Below, in pieces: positions 1-9,064 of a DNA stretch of 64,000 bases. The position numbers and the translations under genes were made by a program. This stretch comes from Candidatus Melainabacteria bacterium 17Bon1m (GTDB lineage: Bacteria; Cyanobacteriota; Vampirovibrionia; Obscuribacterales; Obscuribacteraceae), in NCBI GenBank assembly GCA_032128875.1, contig JAVLKG010000002.1, positions 192,001-256,000 of the forward strand, given 5' to 3'. Below the pieces are notes generated by a model. It was not told the origin of the DNA, did not search any database, and saw only the letters and a list, made by a program, of their open reading frames with translations. Positions within the stretch are counted from its first letter, which is position 1; each line of letters begins with the position of its first letter.

Positions 1-77
1 CGACCCCACGATATTATTTAGGTCGCATGAATGCGACCACACGATATTATTTAGGTCGCATGCAATGCGACCACATG
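1..77. repeat. Tandem 33-34 bp repeat containing REP-like palindromes GGTCGCAT-n2/3-ATGCGACC (runs off the window start)
   Basis: Units at 1-33, 34-67 and partial 68-77; the same palindrome recurs at 30138-30160. Confidence 0.85.
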
Positions 78-80
78 CTT

Positions 81-1568
81 TTACTTCTCTAAGTTCAAAT
101 CTGTGCGCAGCTTGCGAGGGTTTTGCCAGCCCATTTCATCGATAGCTGTGTCGAAATCGACGCGGCTTCGGCAGCAGTAGTTGAGCACGATAATCGCTTG
201 TTCAAGCTTCATCAAAGTGGCTTCAATGAGCGGTCTTACGATGTGCGCTGCTTCGAAGGTATTCTTGTCGAACTTGCCTGCTGAAACCAAAATGTCGACG
301 ATATCTCCGCCGTGTTTCCTCAGCACGGTCTGTGCTGTTTGAATATCAGTATCCGTAATAATTCCGGCTTGCTTGAGCAAATCGAACGCATTGCGGATCT
401 TTTGAATTTCTTCGGGAGACTTCTGCCCTTTCTTCAGAGGTGCTGCCGGCTTGTCCGTTTCGCCTGCTGGAGCGCTGGCAGCTGGAGTCGGTGCAGCAGA
501 TTTCTGTGGTGGCGCCGGTGGTGCGTTCTTCGCTTTGTCTCGCATTTTTTCCAGCACATCGCCAGTCAAATAATTGTCGATTCTCGAGCCTTCGCCGTGA
601 AAACGTTCAAGCGCAGCCGGCGCGATTTCCGGGTCGATCTTCCCGTCATCAACCATCCCTTGAATTTTGAGCGCGGCTTCCAATGTTGTCTGTTTAATCA
701 AATGCGCGTTGAGCAGCAGCGTGCCCAGATCCAGGGTCTGAGTCTTCGAAATCAAACTCATGTCGATACGCTTGAAGACGCCACTGTCGCCAAGCAAAGG
801 AGTCATGGCGGTCTGAGCCGGAGGCGGCGCTGCCGGCGCAGGAGCGGGCACAGGCGGTGCGGGAACTGGAGCCGGAGCCATAGGAGCCATCGGCATTCCT
901 GGCGCCATGCCTGGCTGCATCCAGGCGTTAGGATCGCCGGGCATTCCAGGCATACCTGGCATCATGCCTGGCATTCCGGGATACATTTGCTGAGGCATGG
1001 GCGGATAACCTGGCATCGGCGGTGGCGGATAACCAGGCATGGGAGGCGGATACATCTGCCCTGGCATGCCATAACCGGGCGGCGGATACCCACCGTAAGG
1101 GTTGTTGTACGCGGGCATCGTGCCCTGAGTAAAGTCTGAGCCGCCCGGAACCGGCGGGGGCGGCGCATAGGCCGGACCCGGAGGCGGGGTGACTTCAATC
1201 TTGTGGCTCTCTTTCGCCTTCAAAGAATCAGGAATTTTTGCGCCATCGGCATCAACAGCCGCCATGGCCGCCATGTCATACAAAAGTTGCAAGTCCGCCG
1301 ACCCGAAAGGCTTACTCCAGTGCATTTTCGAGTCTTCGCCCGACTGCTCATAGAGTGACCAAACCGGCAAATCCGCGCCATCTTCCCACTGGCAAGTGAG
1401 GGTGAACATCTGCCCCGGCTTCTTCGTCCGCCAAGGGACTTCAATCAGGCACCCGCGGCGGGTCTTGGACTCCGTGTACGCGAGGTCGATCATATGATAC
1501 GGGGGCAACTGGCTCTGAATGTCCAGTCTAAGACGATTTCCTGTCTTGGGTGGTGGTTGAGATTGCAT
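81..1568 (-). CDS. Hypothetical protein with central Pro/Gly/Met/Tyr-rich low-complexity region and C-terminal degenerate MshEN-like repeats
   Basis: 495 aa ORF; PPPMPGY repeats; LGTLLLNAHLIKQTTLEAALKIQ resembles the RLGxxLLxxGLIxxxxLxxALxxQ motif. Confidence 0.75.
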   Translation of the reverse strand: MQSQPPPKTGNRLRLDIQSQLPPYHMIDLAYTESKTRRGCLIEVPWRTKKPGQMFTLTCQWEDGADLPVWSLYEQSGEDSKMHWSKPFGSADLQLLYDMAAMAAVDADGAKIPDSLKAKESHKIEVTPPPGPAYAPPPPVPGGSDFTQGTMPAYNNPYGGYPPPGYGMPGQMYPPPMPGYPPPPMPGYPPMPQQMYPGMPGMMPGMPGMPGDPNAWMQPGMAPGMPMAPMAPAPVPAPPVPAPAPAAPPPAQTAMTPLLGDSGVFKRIDMSLISKTQTLDLGTLLLNAHLIKQTTLEAALKIQGMVDDGKIDPEIAPAALERFHGEGSRIDNYLTGDVLEKMRDKAKNAPPAPPQKSAAPTPAASAPAGETDKPAAPLKKGQKSPEEIQKIRNAFDLLKQAGIITDTDIQTAQTVLRKHGGDIVDILVSAGKFDKNTFEAAHIVRPLIEATLMKLEQAIIVLNYCCRSRVDFDTAIDEMGWQNPRKLRTDLNLEK

Positions 1569-1615
1569 AGGATTCTCTAGGACTTACTTTTTTCTATATG
1601 CCCTGTAGGTTTTGA

Positions 1616-4600
1616 TTATGACATTAGCTGTAACTTCGATGTGCCATTCATTTTCGTTATCTGAATGTGCGCTGGAAACATCTCCTTAATGTCGCTCATG
1701 TGGGTGATCACGAGGATGCGAGCAAAATCGTTTTGTATTGATTGAATTGCTTTTACCAGACGGTCGCGGCTGACCTCGTCCTGAGACCCGAAGCCTTCGT
1801 CGATTATCAGGGTCTCCAGCTTAGCGCCAGACCGGCGGGCGAGCAATCTGGACAGCGCAACGCGGACCGCGAAATTTACCTTAAAAGCCTCGCCGCCACT
1901 ATAAAGTTCGTAACTTCTGGTCCCCACCTCGTCAGCAATCATCAAATCGAGCGTCTCTACCATCGAGCCGGATTTTGTCTTTTGCTGGGTGACGAGAGCT
2001 ACGTGCATTCTGTTATCGGACAGTCTCGACAAAATTCGGTTAGCATCGCTTTCGATTTCGGGCACGGCGTTCTCGATGATGACCGCCTGGATACCCTTGC
2101 GTCCAAACGATTCCGAAAGGAAAAGGTAGTCATCGATATCTGCGTCGAGATCCTTAAGCTCTCGCCGGCGATCTTTCATTTGCGCAATTTCGTTGTTCAA
2201 TGTGTCCAAACGCGACTGTGAAATGGCGCAGCGGTTGGAGACCTGTTCTTTCTCTTTGCGCAGTGCTTCCAGCTCAGGCTTTATTGACTCCATCGCTTCG
2301 ATGCTATCAGGCAGTTTTTCCACCTGCTGTTGAAACGCAATCAGAGATGATTTAGCGTCTTCTAACTGAGTTTGCTTGGCTGCTTTCAAAGTCAAACACT
2401 CATCCAGGCTCTTCTTCAATTCAGGCTTATCTTCAAGTGCGCGCTTCAGCTCTCTGACCTGTTCAAGCGCTGGAGCTAATTCTTCCAATTCTTTGCGCAT
2501 CTGCAAGTGTTCGTCACGGTTATACTTCAGCTCTTCAAGCTTTTCTTTGACTCCTTTGAGCGCTTCGCGAGCCTCTGTGCCATATGTTTCGCCTTGCAAT
2601 TCGGCGTTTAATTTGGACAATTCTTCCTGACGCTGAGGCAGCTCGATGTCGAGTTCTTTGAGGTCTGCAAGGTCGCGCTTCATTTGGTTGAAACGCGATT
2701 CAATGTGCCGTTGAGCACGAACTTGCCCTTTCAAACTCGAATACGAAATGGGGTCGAAATCAAGCTTGTGAATCTCGGCTTTGACTGCGATGAGCGACTC
2801 TCTTTCTACTTGCGCATAGTCGCCGTCCGCCAATTGTTTTTTCAAAATTTCTAGTTCGTTTTTCACTGATTGGAAATTCTGAGCCGCTCGCTCAACTGCT
2901 GTGCGTCTCTCGTTGAGCTGACCAATTCGTTTGTCCAACTCTTTGCGATTTTCGAGTTGTTTTTTCAATTCGAGATATTTCTTGCGCAAGTCGCTCCGCT
3001 CTCCTTCGAGCTTTCCTTTGCGGCTTTTTGTCTCGGCGATTTCGCTGTCGATGTCTTCGTTTTGTTTTAAATACCTGGTGATCACAGCTTTGCGATCGAC
3101 AATTGGAGCGCAACACAAGGGACAAACAGAGCTGTGCTCGTGCTCTTCCAGCTCTTTGATTTTGTCTAGATTTTCTTTCTGGCGTCCCACCAAAACAGTT
3201 ACATGCGCATCCAAAGATTCAATCTCAGACTTGATTTCCAAGCCGCGCTGTTCAACTATGTCGAATTCAGCTTCCAGCGCATCGAGATTGTGCGATTCTT
3301 TTTCAATGGCATGGTGCTGCTCGTCGAGACTTTCTTTGCTGGTCAAAATTGATGCAAGTTCGGCCTCTTGCGATTCCTTTTGAGAAACCTTTGCTTCCAA
3401 TCGAATCTTCTCTTCAGTCATCTGAGAATTCAATTCGGCAGCTCTTTCGTTCAGCCTGGTATGCGCTTCTTGATTCTTCGATTGCTCTGCTTCTTTCTGC
3501 GACAGCTCCCGAAATTCGTCGAATTGCTTTTGAACCTTTTCCCAATCTTGAGTTTCTGTGCTCAATTTTTTATGACGCTTTTCGAGCTCTTTTAGTCTGC
3601 TCTCAACATTCTCAACCTGGAGTTCAAGGCGGCTTCTCAATTGTGCAAGCGTGGATTGCAAGTCCATGCGTTTTGTCGTCAGCTCCTGCTGAATCAGCGC
3701 TTTCTGCTCCATCTCCGTAAGCCCGGCTTTGAGCTTTTCGTACTTGGTCGCCTTCTCTTCAATTAGCGGTGAGTCGCTGACGAGTTTTGCAATTGCATCG
3801 AGCTTGTTTGTGAGAGTGACGGATTGCTCCTCGAGATTGGCAACAGCAGCAGTCAATTCTTCAATCTGTGTCTCAGTCAGCTCCATTTTTTGTTTGTTGA
3901 GCGTGAGCGATTGAATTTGCTCGTTCAGCTTTTGCGCAGATTCTTCTTGCGCGCTCAATTTTTCCGTCAAGGCTTCGAATTCGCCTTTCGCCTGCAGCAA
4001 GTCAGCATCCGCTTGCGCTAGTTCAGCCTCCGCCTCAGGCAAACGCGAGAGAGACATCTCCATCGCTTCTCGTTTGACTTTCAGCGCGCGTGCATGATCG
4101 CGCGATTGCTCTTTGAGTTTTTCAAAGTATGACAGTCCCAGAATTTCTCCGAGAACCTGCTTCCTGTCGGACGCTGCGCGCGTCGTAAATTCGTCTGCCT
4201 TTCCTTGCCGCAGGTAGGCGCTGTTGATGAAGGTGTCATAGTCCATGCGCAGAAGTTCGTTGATGTGCTTCTGCGTATCCTTCATCGTGTTGCCGGTCAG
4301 ACTGCGCCAGACGTCGTTTTCTCCGGGCAAGGAAGCGAGGACGTATCTGCGTCCATTACCGTTGCCGTGTCCGTTGCTCTCGCTATGTCCGTTGCCTTCG
4401 CCATGTCCGTGTTCTTTGCTATCTCCGGGGTCGTCGCTACTGCCACTGATGTGCGAATCATCATACTGAGCGGTATCCCCTTCACCGGCGCGGTTGAGAA
4501 TCTGAAATTCCAAGTTGCCTTTGGACGTTGTCTTCCCTCCCGACTTGCCGCCGCCCTTCATGCGTTGTCGTCGCACACGATAGGTGCGGTTTTCGTGCAA

Positions 4601-4819
4601 AAACGTGAGGTCAACCCAAGTCTCTTTCTCGCCAATGCGCATTAATTCGTCCGACGAAGCCCGCGCTGACTCCCAGAGCGCCCAAGTTACAGCATCGAGA
4701 ATCGCGGATTTACCCGCGCCATTGTGCCCGGAAAGGCACGCCACCGGTACCGTCGTCAAATCGAGAGTGGCGTCGGCGTAGCTCATAAAGTTGTGCAGTG
4801 TGATGGAGATGATAATCAT
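1616..4819 (-). CDS. sbcC: SbcC/Rad50-family SMC ATPase
   Basis: Walker A GHNGAGKS, long coiled coil with CPLC zinc hook, YSGGE signature, IIDEGFGSQD Walker B; ATG at 4819 follows AGGAG. Confidence 0.93.
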   Translation of the reverse strand: MIIISITLHNFMSYADATLDLTTVPVACLSGHNGAGKSAILDAVTWALWESARASSDELMRIGEKETWVDLTFLHENRTYRVRRQRMKGGGKSGGKTTSKGNLEFQILNRAGEGDTAQYDDSHISGSSDDPGDSKEHGHGEGNGHSESNGHGNGNGRRYVLASLPGENDVWRSLTGNTMKDTQKHINELLRMDYDTFINSAYLRQGKADEFTTRAASDRKQVLGEILGLSYFEKLKEQSRDHARALKVKREAMEMSLSRLPEAEAELAQADADLLQAKGEFEALTEKLSAQEESAQKLNEQIQSLTLNKQKMELTETQIEELTAAVANLEEQSVTLTNKLDAIAKLVSDSPLIEEKATKYEKLKAGLTEMEQKALIQQELTTKRMDLQSTLAQLRSRLELQVENVESRLKELEKRHKKLSTETQDWEKVQKQFDEFRELSQKEAEQSKNQEAHTRLNERAAELNSQMTEEKIRLEAKVSQKESQEAELASILTSKESLDEQHHAIEKESHNLDALEAEFDIVEQRGLEIKSEIESLDAHVTVLVGRQKENLDKIKELEEHEHSSVCPLCCAPIVDRKAVITRYLKQNEDIDSEIAETKSRKGKLEGERSDLRKKYLELKKQLENRKELDKRIGQLNERRTAVERAAQNFQSVKNELEILKKQLADGDYAQVERESLIAVKAEIHKLDFDPISYSSLKGQVRAQRHIESRFNQMKRDLADLKELDIELPQRQEELSKLNAELQGETYGTEAREALKGVKEKLEELKYNRDEHLQMRKELEELAPALEQVRELKRALEDKPELKKSLDECLTLKAAKQTQLEDAKSSLIAFQQQVEKLPDSIEAMESIKPELEALRKEKEQVSNRCAISQSRLDTLNNEIAQMKDRRRELKDLDADIDDYLFLSESFGRKGIQAVIIENAVPEIESDANRILSRLSDNRMHVALVTQQKTKSGSMVETLDLMIADEVGTRSYELYSGGEAFKVNFAVRVALSRLLARRSGAKLETLIIDEGFGSQDEVSRDRLVKAIQSIQNDFARILVITHMSDIKEMFPAHIQITKMNGTSKLQLMS

Positions 4820-5051
4820 CTGCCTGCTCCTGCGCTCGGGCGTCCGGCTTTTCCGCGGCCGGCTCAACTTTTGATTCTAACCTCTAATAATTGTCATGAG
4901 TGTTTGTATATATGAGCTATATGGTTTTAAAAGATGAAGTTTGAAAATCTCAGGTTCTGGTCGGGCTTACGCAAGTGCGCCTGAACACTGCCATAATCAA
5001 GAATGGCTGAAGTGCAGCGGTGTTGTGGGACGTGTTTGGGAGTTGAACTAA

Positions 5052-8021
5052 GTGCCCGGTTCCGGTCGAAAAACGATTGAAATCGCACTTTTAGTGAGTT
5101 TTGCGCTTTCCGGAGCTGCGGCTCTGCTGGCTCAGACTGTCTGGCAGCGCGAATTTGTTCGGCTGGTCGGTGCAACCACGCCGTCCGCGGCTGTTGTTTA
5201 TGCCGGAGTGATGGCAGGTTTGGGGGCGGGCGCTCTGCTTGGCAATGCCATTCTTGCGCGGGGGGGAGGTCTATTCAGCGGAGTAAATCCGCTTCGATTC
5301 TTGGCAGTGCTGGAGGCGATAATCTGTGGGTTCGCCCTTCTCTATGCGGTCTCTTTTCGTTGGTCTTCGTTTTCAGTCGCCGAATTGTCCATGTTTGCTG
5401 CTCTAGAGGACGAAACGCTTCGTCAAGCTCTAGCGTTTGTATTTGCTGCAGCACCGTCAATTGCAATGGGTGCGACCTGGCCTGCTGCTGTTGCGTCGGT
5501 AGAAAAGGTATCAATCGAGGTTAGTAAGGCGTCAATTATTTTGTACGCTGCTAATTTGGCAGGCGCGTTCATTGGTGTCGTATGTGGTGCTTTCTTTCTG
5601 ATACCTGCTTTCGGTCTTGCGTTGACGCTGGGTATTGCTGGAGCGCTAAACATTTTGGCAAGTGTCATTGCGCTGGTTATTTCATTGGCTGCTGTAAAAC
5701 TCATTAGTCCGCGCAATCTTGTCGATATTGCTGCATCCAGTCATGCGGATTCTGTTTTTCCGCAATTTGACTGCTTGTTGGTGTTCTTGTCTGCAGCCGC
5801 GGCTTTAGCTCTCGAAGTAATTTTTACTAGACTGTTCACACTACTGTTCGGCTCTTCGACATATAGCGTTGGTGTCGTTCTTTGCGGTGTGCTTCTAGGT
5901 GCAAGTGTTTCGGCTGCTGTTAGTTGGGTCTTAACGCGACGCACCAAGGTTGAAATTGCTACCAAAGCAGTGGTGTCTATGGTGGCTTCCTTTGCAGCGC
6001 TCATCGTATTTGCAGAAGCTTGTTTGATGAATCGATTTCCAGAATTGGTGCTGTTCTTTACACAACATGCTTCAGAACCTTCTCAAAGTTTGTCACTGTT
6101 CAGATCTTTTCTTTTGCCAAGAATTATGGCGTGCAGTTGTCTCGTATTCCCGCCGATAGTTTTTGTGAGCATCATTTTTCCGGTTGTCTTGTTCGGAAGC
6201 TTGCGTGCGGTCAACTCAAAAACGGCTCGGTCCAGCTGGCTTTATAGCGCGAGCACACTTGGCGCTGTGATTGGATCGCTAGGCACTGGTTTGTATTTGA
6301 TACCAGCGTTCAGCGAAAAATACGAAAGCGGCATGTTGGCGAGCCTCATAGTTGTCGCTGGAGTGTGTCTTCTAATCGCTGCGCTTGCAGCCTCTCATCA
6401 GATTTCAATTGTGTCGCAGAAAGAAAAACGTTCGGGAGTTGTGTTCTTATGCAGCGCCGCGTTAATCGGTCTCATAGCGACGCTATATCCACCGCGCGTA
6501 GATACCTTTATGCTCTCACAAGGACTCGGACTGCTGCCTATCGAAAGACCTCGAGTGGCTGGAAGTGTGCGCAAATCGATTGAAAAGCAGAGACAGAGCA
6601 CTTCGGTGGTGTTTTACAGAGATGGGTTAAACACGACTGTTACGGTCGAGGAAATGCCTAAAAATAATATTTGCGTGCTCAAGAATGACGGTAAAGTAGA
6701 AGCTGCTATCCCACAAAATCTGTCACTGCCTGCCCCGACAACTGACTATCCGACACAGATGCTGCTCAGTCTTTTGCCGTATGCGCTCAGCTCGCAAACT
6801 AAAGCTAATGCGGTTGTGATCGGTTGCGGTAGTGGCGCTACATATGGTGCATTGGCAAAGCAAAATAACATTGCAAGCTTGACGGTGGCAGAGATCGAAA
6901 AAGCGGTATTCGATGCGAGCCGTTTCTTTTTGCCGGCGGAAAAAAGGGCTGAGAGAGCCGATATCCGTAAGTTGGTATGCGACGCAAGAAATTTTCTTGC
7001 ATACTCGCCGGGCTCGTTTGACCTGATAGTTTCTCAACCCGCAGAACCCTGGGTAAATGGAGCCGGCGATCTTTACACCCATGAATATTTTGCGCTTATT
7101 GCCTCAAAGCTGTCTCAGAAAGGAATTTTCTGCCAGTGGTTGCAACTTTATTCAATTGATGAAAAGACGCTCTTGGTGCTGCTCAACACGGTTCAGAGCG
7201 TTTTCCCTTCTACATATGTATTCCACCCTCATGGCTCTGGCGAAATTTTGATTGTTTCTTTCAAGCCTCCGGTCACGAACGAAAAGCGATCTATTCAACC
7301 AATCAAAGAAATACCGGATGCTGCAAAGCTGAATGTTGTGCGCATAAGTGAGCTTTTGCGAGAACCGGTTCTTTCGCAGCAACTGAAGTACTGCCATATT
7401 GAGTCGGTGCCTGATTTGCTGTCCATGCTAGTTTTGACGCCGGTGGCACTCGATGAACTGCTCTGGAAAAAACTATCGACGGACCGCGTCGCTCTCAATA
7501 CCGATGATAATTTGACTAGCGAGTACGCACTTCCGTACCAGGTGATTAGTAAGGATGATCGGATTGAGAAAAACTTGGAATTGCTGCGCTCGTTTCGTTT
7601 TTACTTGCTCGCCTGTCTGAGTAATTTGCCGGTTGATGCCTCGCAGAAGGCTGAATTTATCGATAGAGTTGCGCTTTCCATGGCGGGTTTTTCTCAGAAA
7701 CACCCCGGCGAAGGGCTGGATGACGCGGCTCTTGCTGCCGCATACGAAGCCTGGACTATTTCAGAATCTCCGGCAACTGCGTCCGCTTGTGACGTTGTTT
7801 CATATATGACGGGCAGAATCGGTACGGAAAGAGAGCAGAAGACACCGGTCGTCCGAGTTGAAACGCTCACACCCGCGCAGGCATTTTGGGTCGGACAGGC
7901 AGAAGCGCTGAAAGGCAACAAGGCGCGAGCTATTGAGGTTATTCGCCAGGGAATTGCAAGAGACGGCGGCAAGAATCACGAGCTGAGCGATTTGCTGGAA
8001 AAGCTAACTCAGCGCCAATAA
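5052..8021 (+). CDS. Multi-TM membrane protein fused to spermidine synthase-like SAM-binding domain
   Basis: Many N-terminal TM segments; NDGKVEA, IGCGSG, AEIE, DARNFL, FDLIVSQPAEPW, CQWLQLY motifs. Confidence 0.85.
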   Translation: MPGSGRKTIEIALLVSFALSGAAALLAQTVWQREFVRLVGATTPSAAVVYAGVMAGLGAGALLGNAILARGGGLFSGVNPLRFLAVLEAIICGFALLYAVSFRWSSFSVAELSMFAALEDETLRQALAFVFAAAPSIAMGATWPAAVASVEKVSIEVSKASIILYAANLAGAFIGVVCGAFFLIPAFGLALTLGIAGALNILASVIALVISLAAVKLISPRNLVDIAASSHADSVFPQFDCLLVFLSAAAALALEVIFTRLFTLLFGSSTYSVGVVLCGVLLGASVSAAVSWVLTRRTKVEIATKAVVSMVASFAALIVFAEACLMNRFPELVLFFTQHASEPSQSLSLFRSFLLPRIMACSCLVFPPIVFVSIIFPVVLFGSLRAVNSKTARSSWLYSASTLGAVIGSLGTGLYLIPAFSEKYESGMLASLIVVAGVCLLIAALAASHQISIVSQKEKRSGVVFLCSAALIGLIATLYPPRVDTFMLSQGLGLLPIERPRVAGSVRKSIEKQRQSTSVVFYRDGLNTTVTVEEMPKNNICVLKNDGKVEAAIPQNLSLPAPTTDYPTQMLLSLLPYALSSQTKANAVVIGCGSGATYGALAKQNNIASLTVAEIEKAVFDASRFFLPAEKRAERADIRKLVCDARNFLAYSPGSFDLIVSQPAEPWVNGAGDLYTHEYFALIASKLSQKGIFCQWLQLYSIDEKTLLVLLNTVQSVFPSTYVFHPHGSGEILIVSFKPPVTNEKRSIQPIKEIPDAAKLNVVRISELLREPVLSQQLKYCHIESVPDLLSMLVLTPVALDELLWKKLSTDRVALNTDDNLTSEYALPYQVISKDDRIEKNLELLRSFRFYLLACLSNLPVDASQKAEFIDRVALSMAGFSQKHPGEGLDDAALAAAYEAWTISESPATASACDVVSYMTGRIGTEREQKTPVVRVETLTPAQAFWVGQAEALKGNKARAIEVIRQGIARDGGKNHELSDLLEKLTQRQ

Positions 8022-8116
8022 GGCGCTTTTAGTAACGCTTTGAGGTGTCAAGATGAATGATTCCTCCGGGAGGAGTACAATAGGCGCAAGGCTTACGGAC
8101 TGGAAGCGGTAGGCGG

Positions 8117-9049
8117 ATGAGCTATCGATTGCTGCTAATTGAAGACAGCCCGACTCAACTTCTCACTATAAGAAGGAATCTCGAGGCGGAGGGCTACACT
8201 ATTCTCGAAGCGCGAAACGGCGCTGAGGGGCTTGTGCGCGCTTACAATGAGCTGCCTGATTTGATCATTTCCGACGTCGTAATGACCGGCATCAACGGTT
8301 ATCAATTGTGCCGGCTGGTGAAAAACGATTCTGAGCTGTCGGGAACACCGGTAATTCTTCTGACAAAGCTAGATGGCTCCATCGACCGCTTCTGGGGGCT
8401 GAAGTCGGGCGCGGATCGGTACATTCCGAAAGAGCCCGGTTTTCAAAACTTGATTATGGCAATCAGAGAAATCCTGGCGGAGTCCAAGGTTCAGCCTCGC
8501 TTGCGTATTTTGCCTGATTCCTCAAGAGCACCAGCGCCGGAAGAAATCAACGGCAGACTCAATCAGCTGTTGGAGCGCTTGCTTTTCGAAGCGACAATCA
8601 TCGATGAAGTGCGCAGAATCGGTGAAGATCTTTTGGATCTTGATTTGATTACTGAGAAACTTTTCGCGCTGCTATCTTCAATTCTCAACTACCAGTCTTG
8701 CGCTGTTGTGGTGAATCAAGGCGCATATTCGAGTTTGCAACTTGATTTGAATGACGACGCGCAAGAAAGTGCAGTCAAATCGTATGTCTCCAAATTGTCT
8801 ATGCAATTGGGTCTTCCGCCAATGCGCGAAGAGGGAATCAAACCTGGTGGGTTGATTGAAAACGCTCTTACTCAGCCGATCGACATGACTGGTTTGCGTC
8901 TTGGTTTGTTGATTGTTATTCCGTATCCCAACCAGTCATATAAGCCTGGCGACCAAAAGGTTGTTCGACTAATTGCCGAACAGTTGTCCATTGTTTTGCG
9001 ACTCTATCGTTCGCATCAACAACGCGAAGGCTCTGCAATCTCTGGTTGA
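8117..9049 (+). CDS. Response regulator receiver domain plus C-terminal GAF-like region, no output domain
   Basis: LLIEDS, LIISDVVM (phospho-Asp), LLTK, GADRYIPK. Confidence 0.85.
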   Translation: MSYRLLLIEDSPTQLLTIRRNLEAEGYTILEARNGAEGLVRAYNELPDLIISDVVMTGINGYQLCRLVKNDSELSGTPVILLTKLDGSIDRFWGLKSGADRYIPKEPGFQNLIMAIREILAESKVQPRLRILPDSSRAPAPEEINGRLNQLLERLLFEATIIDEVRRIGEDLLDLDLITEKLFALLSSILNYQSCAVVVNQGAYSSLQLDLNDDAQESAVKSYVSKLSMQLGLPPMREEGIKPGGLIENALTQPIDMTGLRLGLLIVIPYPNQSYKPGDQKVVRLIAEQLSIVLRLYRSHQQREGSAISG

Positions 9050-9064
9050 TAGTCGAAGTTTGAA

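Noticed and set aside
1-77. Possible CRISPR array
   Set aside because: The sequences between palindromes are nearly identical and short, not unique spacers; no cas genes in the window; matches the REP family.
312-1139. Long antisense ORFs (for example 312-1139, 18869-19666, 59208-59951)
   Set aside because: Shadows of low-complexity or codon-biased genes on the opposite strand.
4310-4500. Intein in SbcC
   Set aside because: Too short, and lacks the Cys/Ser start and His-Asn end splicing motifs.
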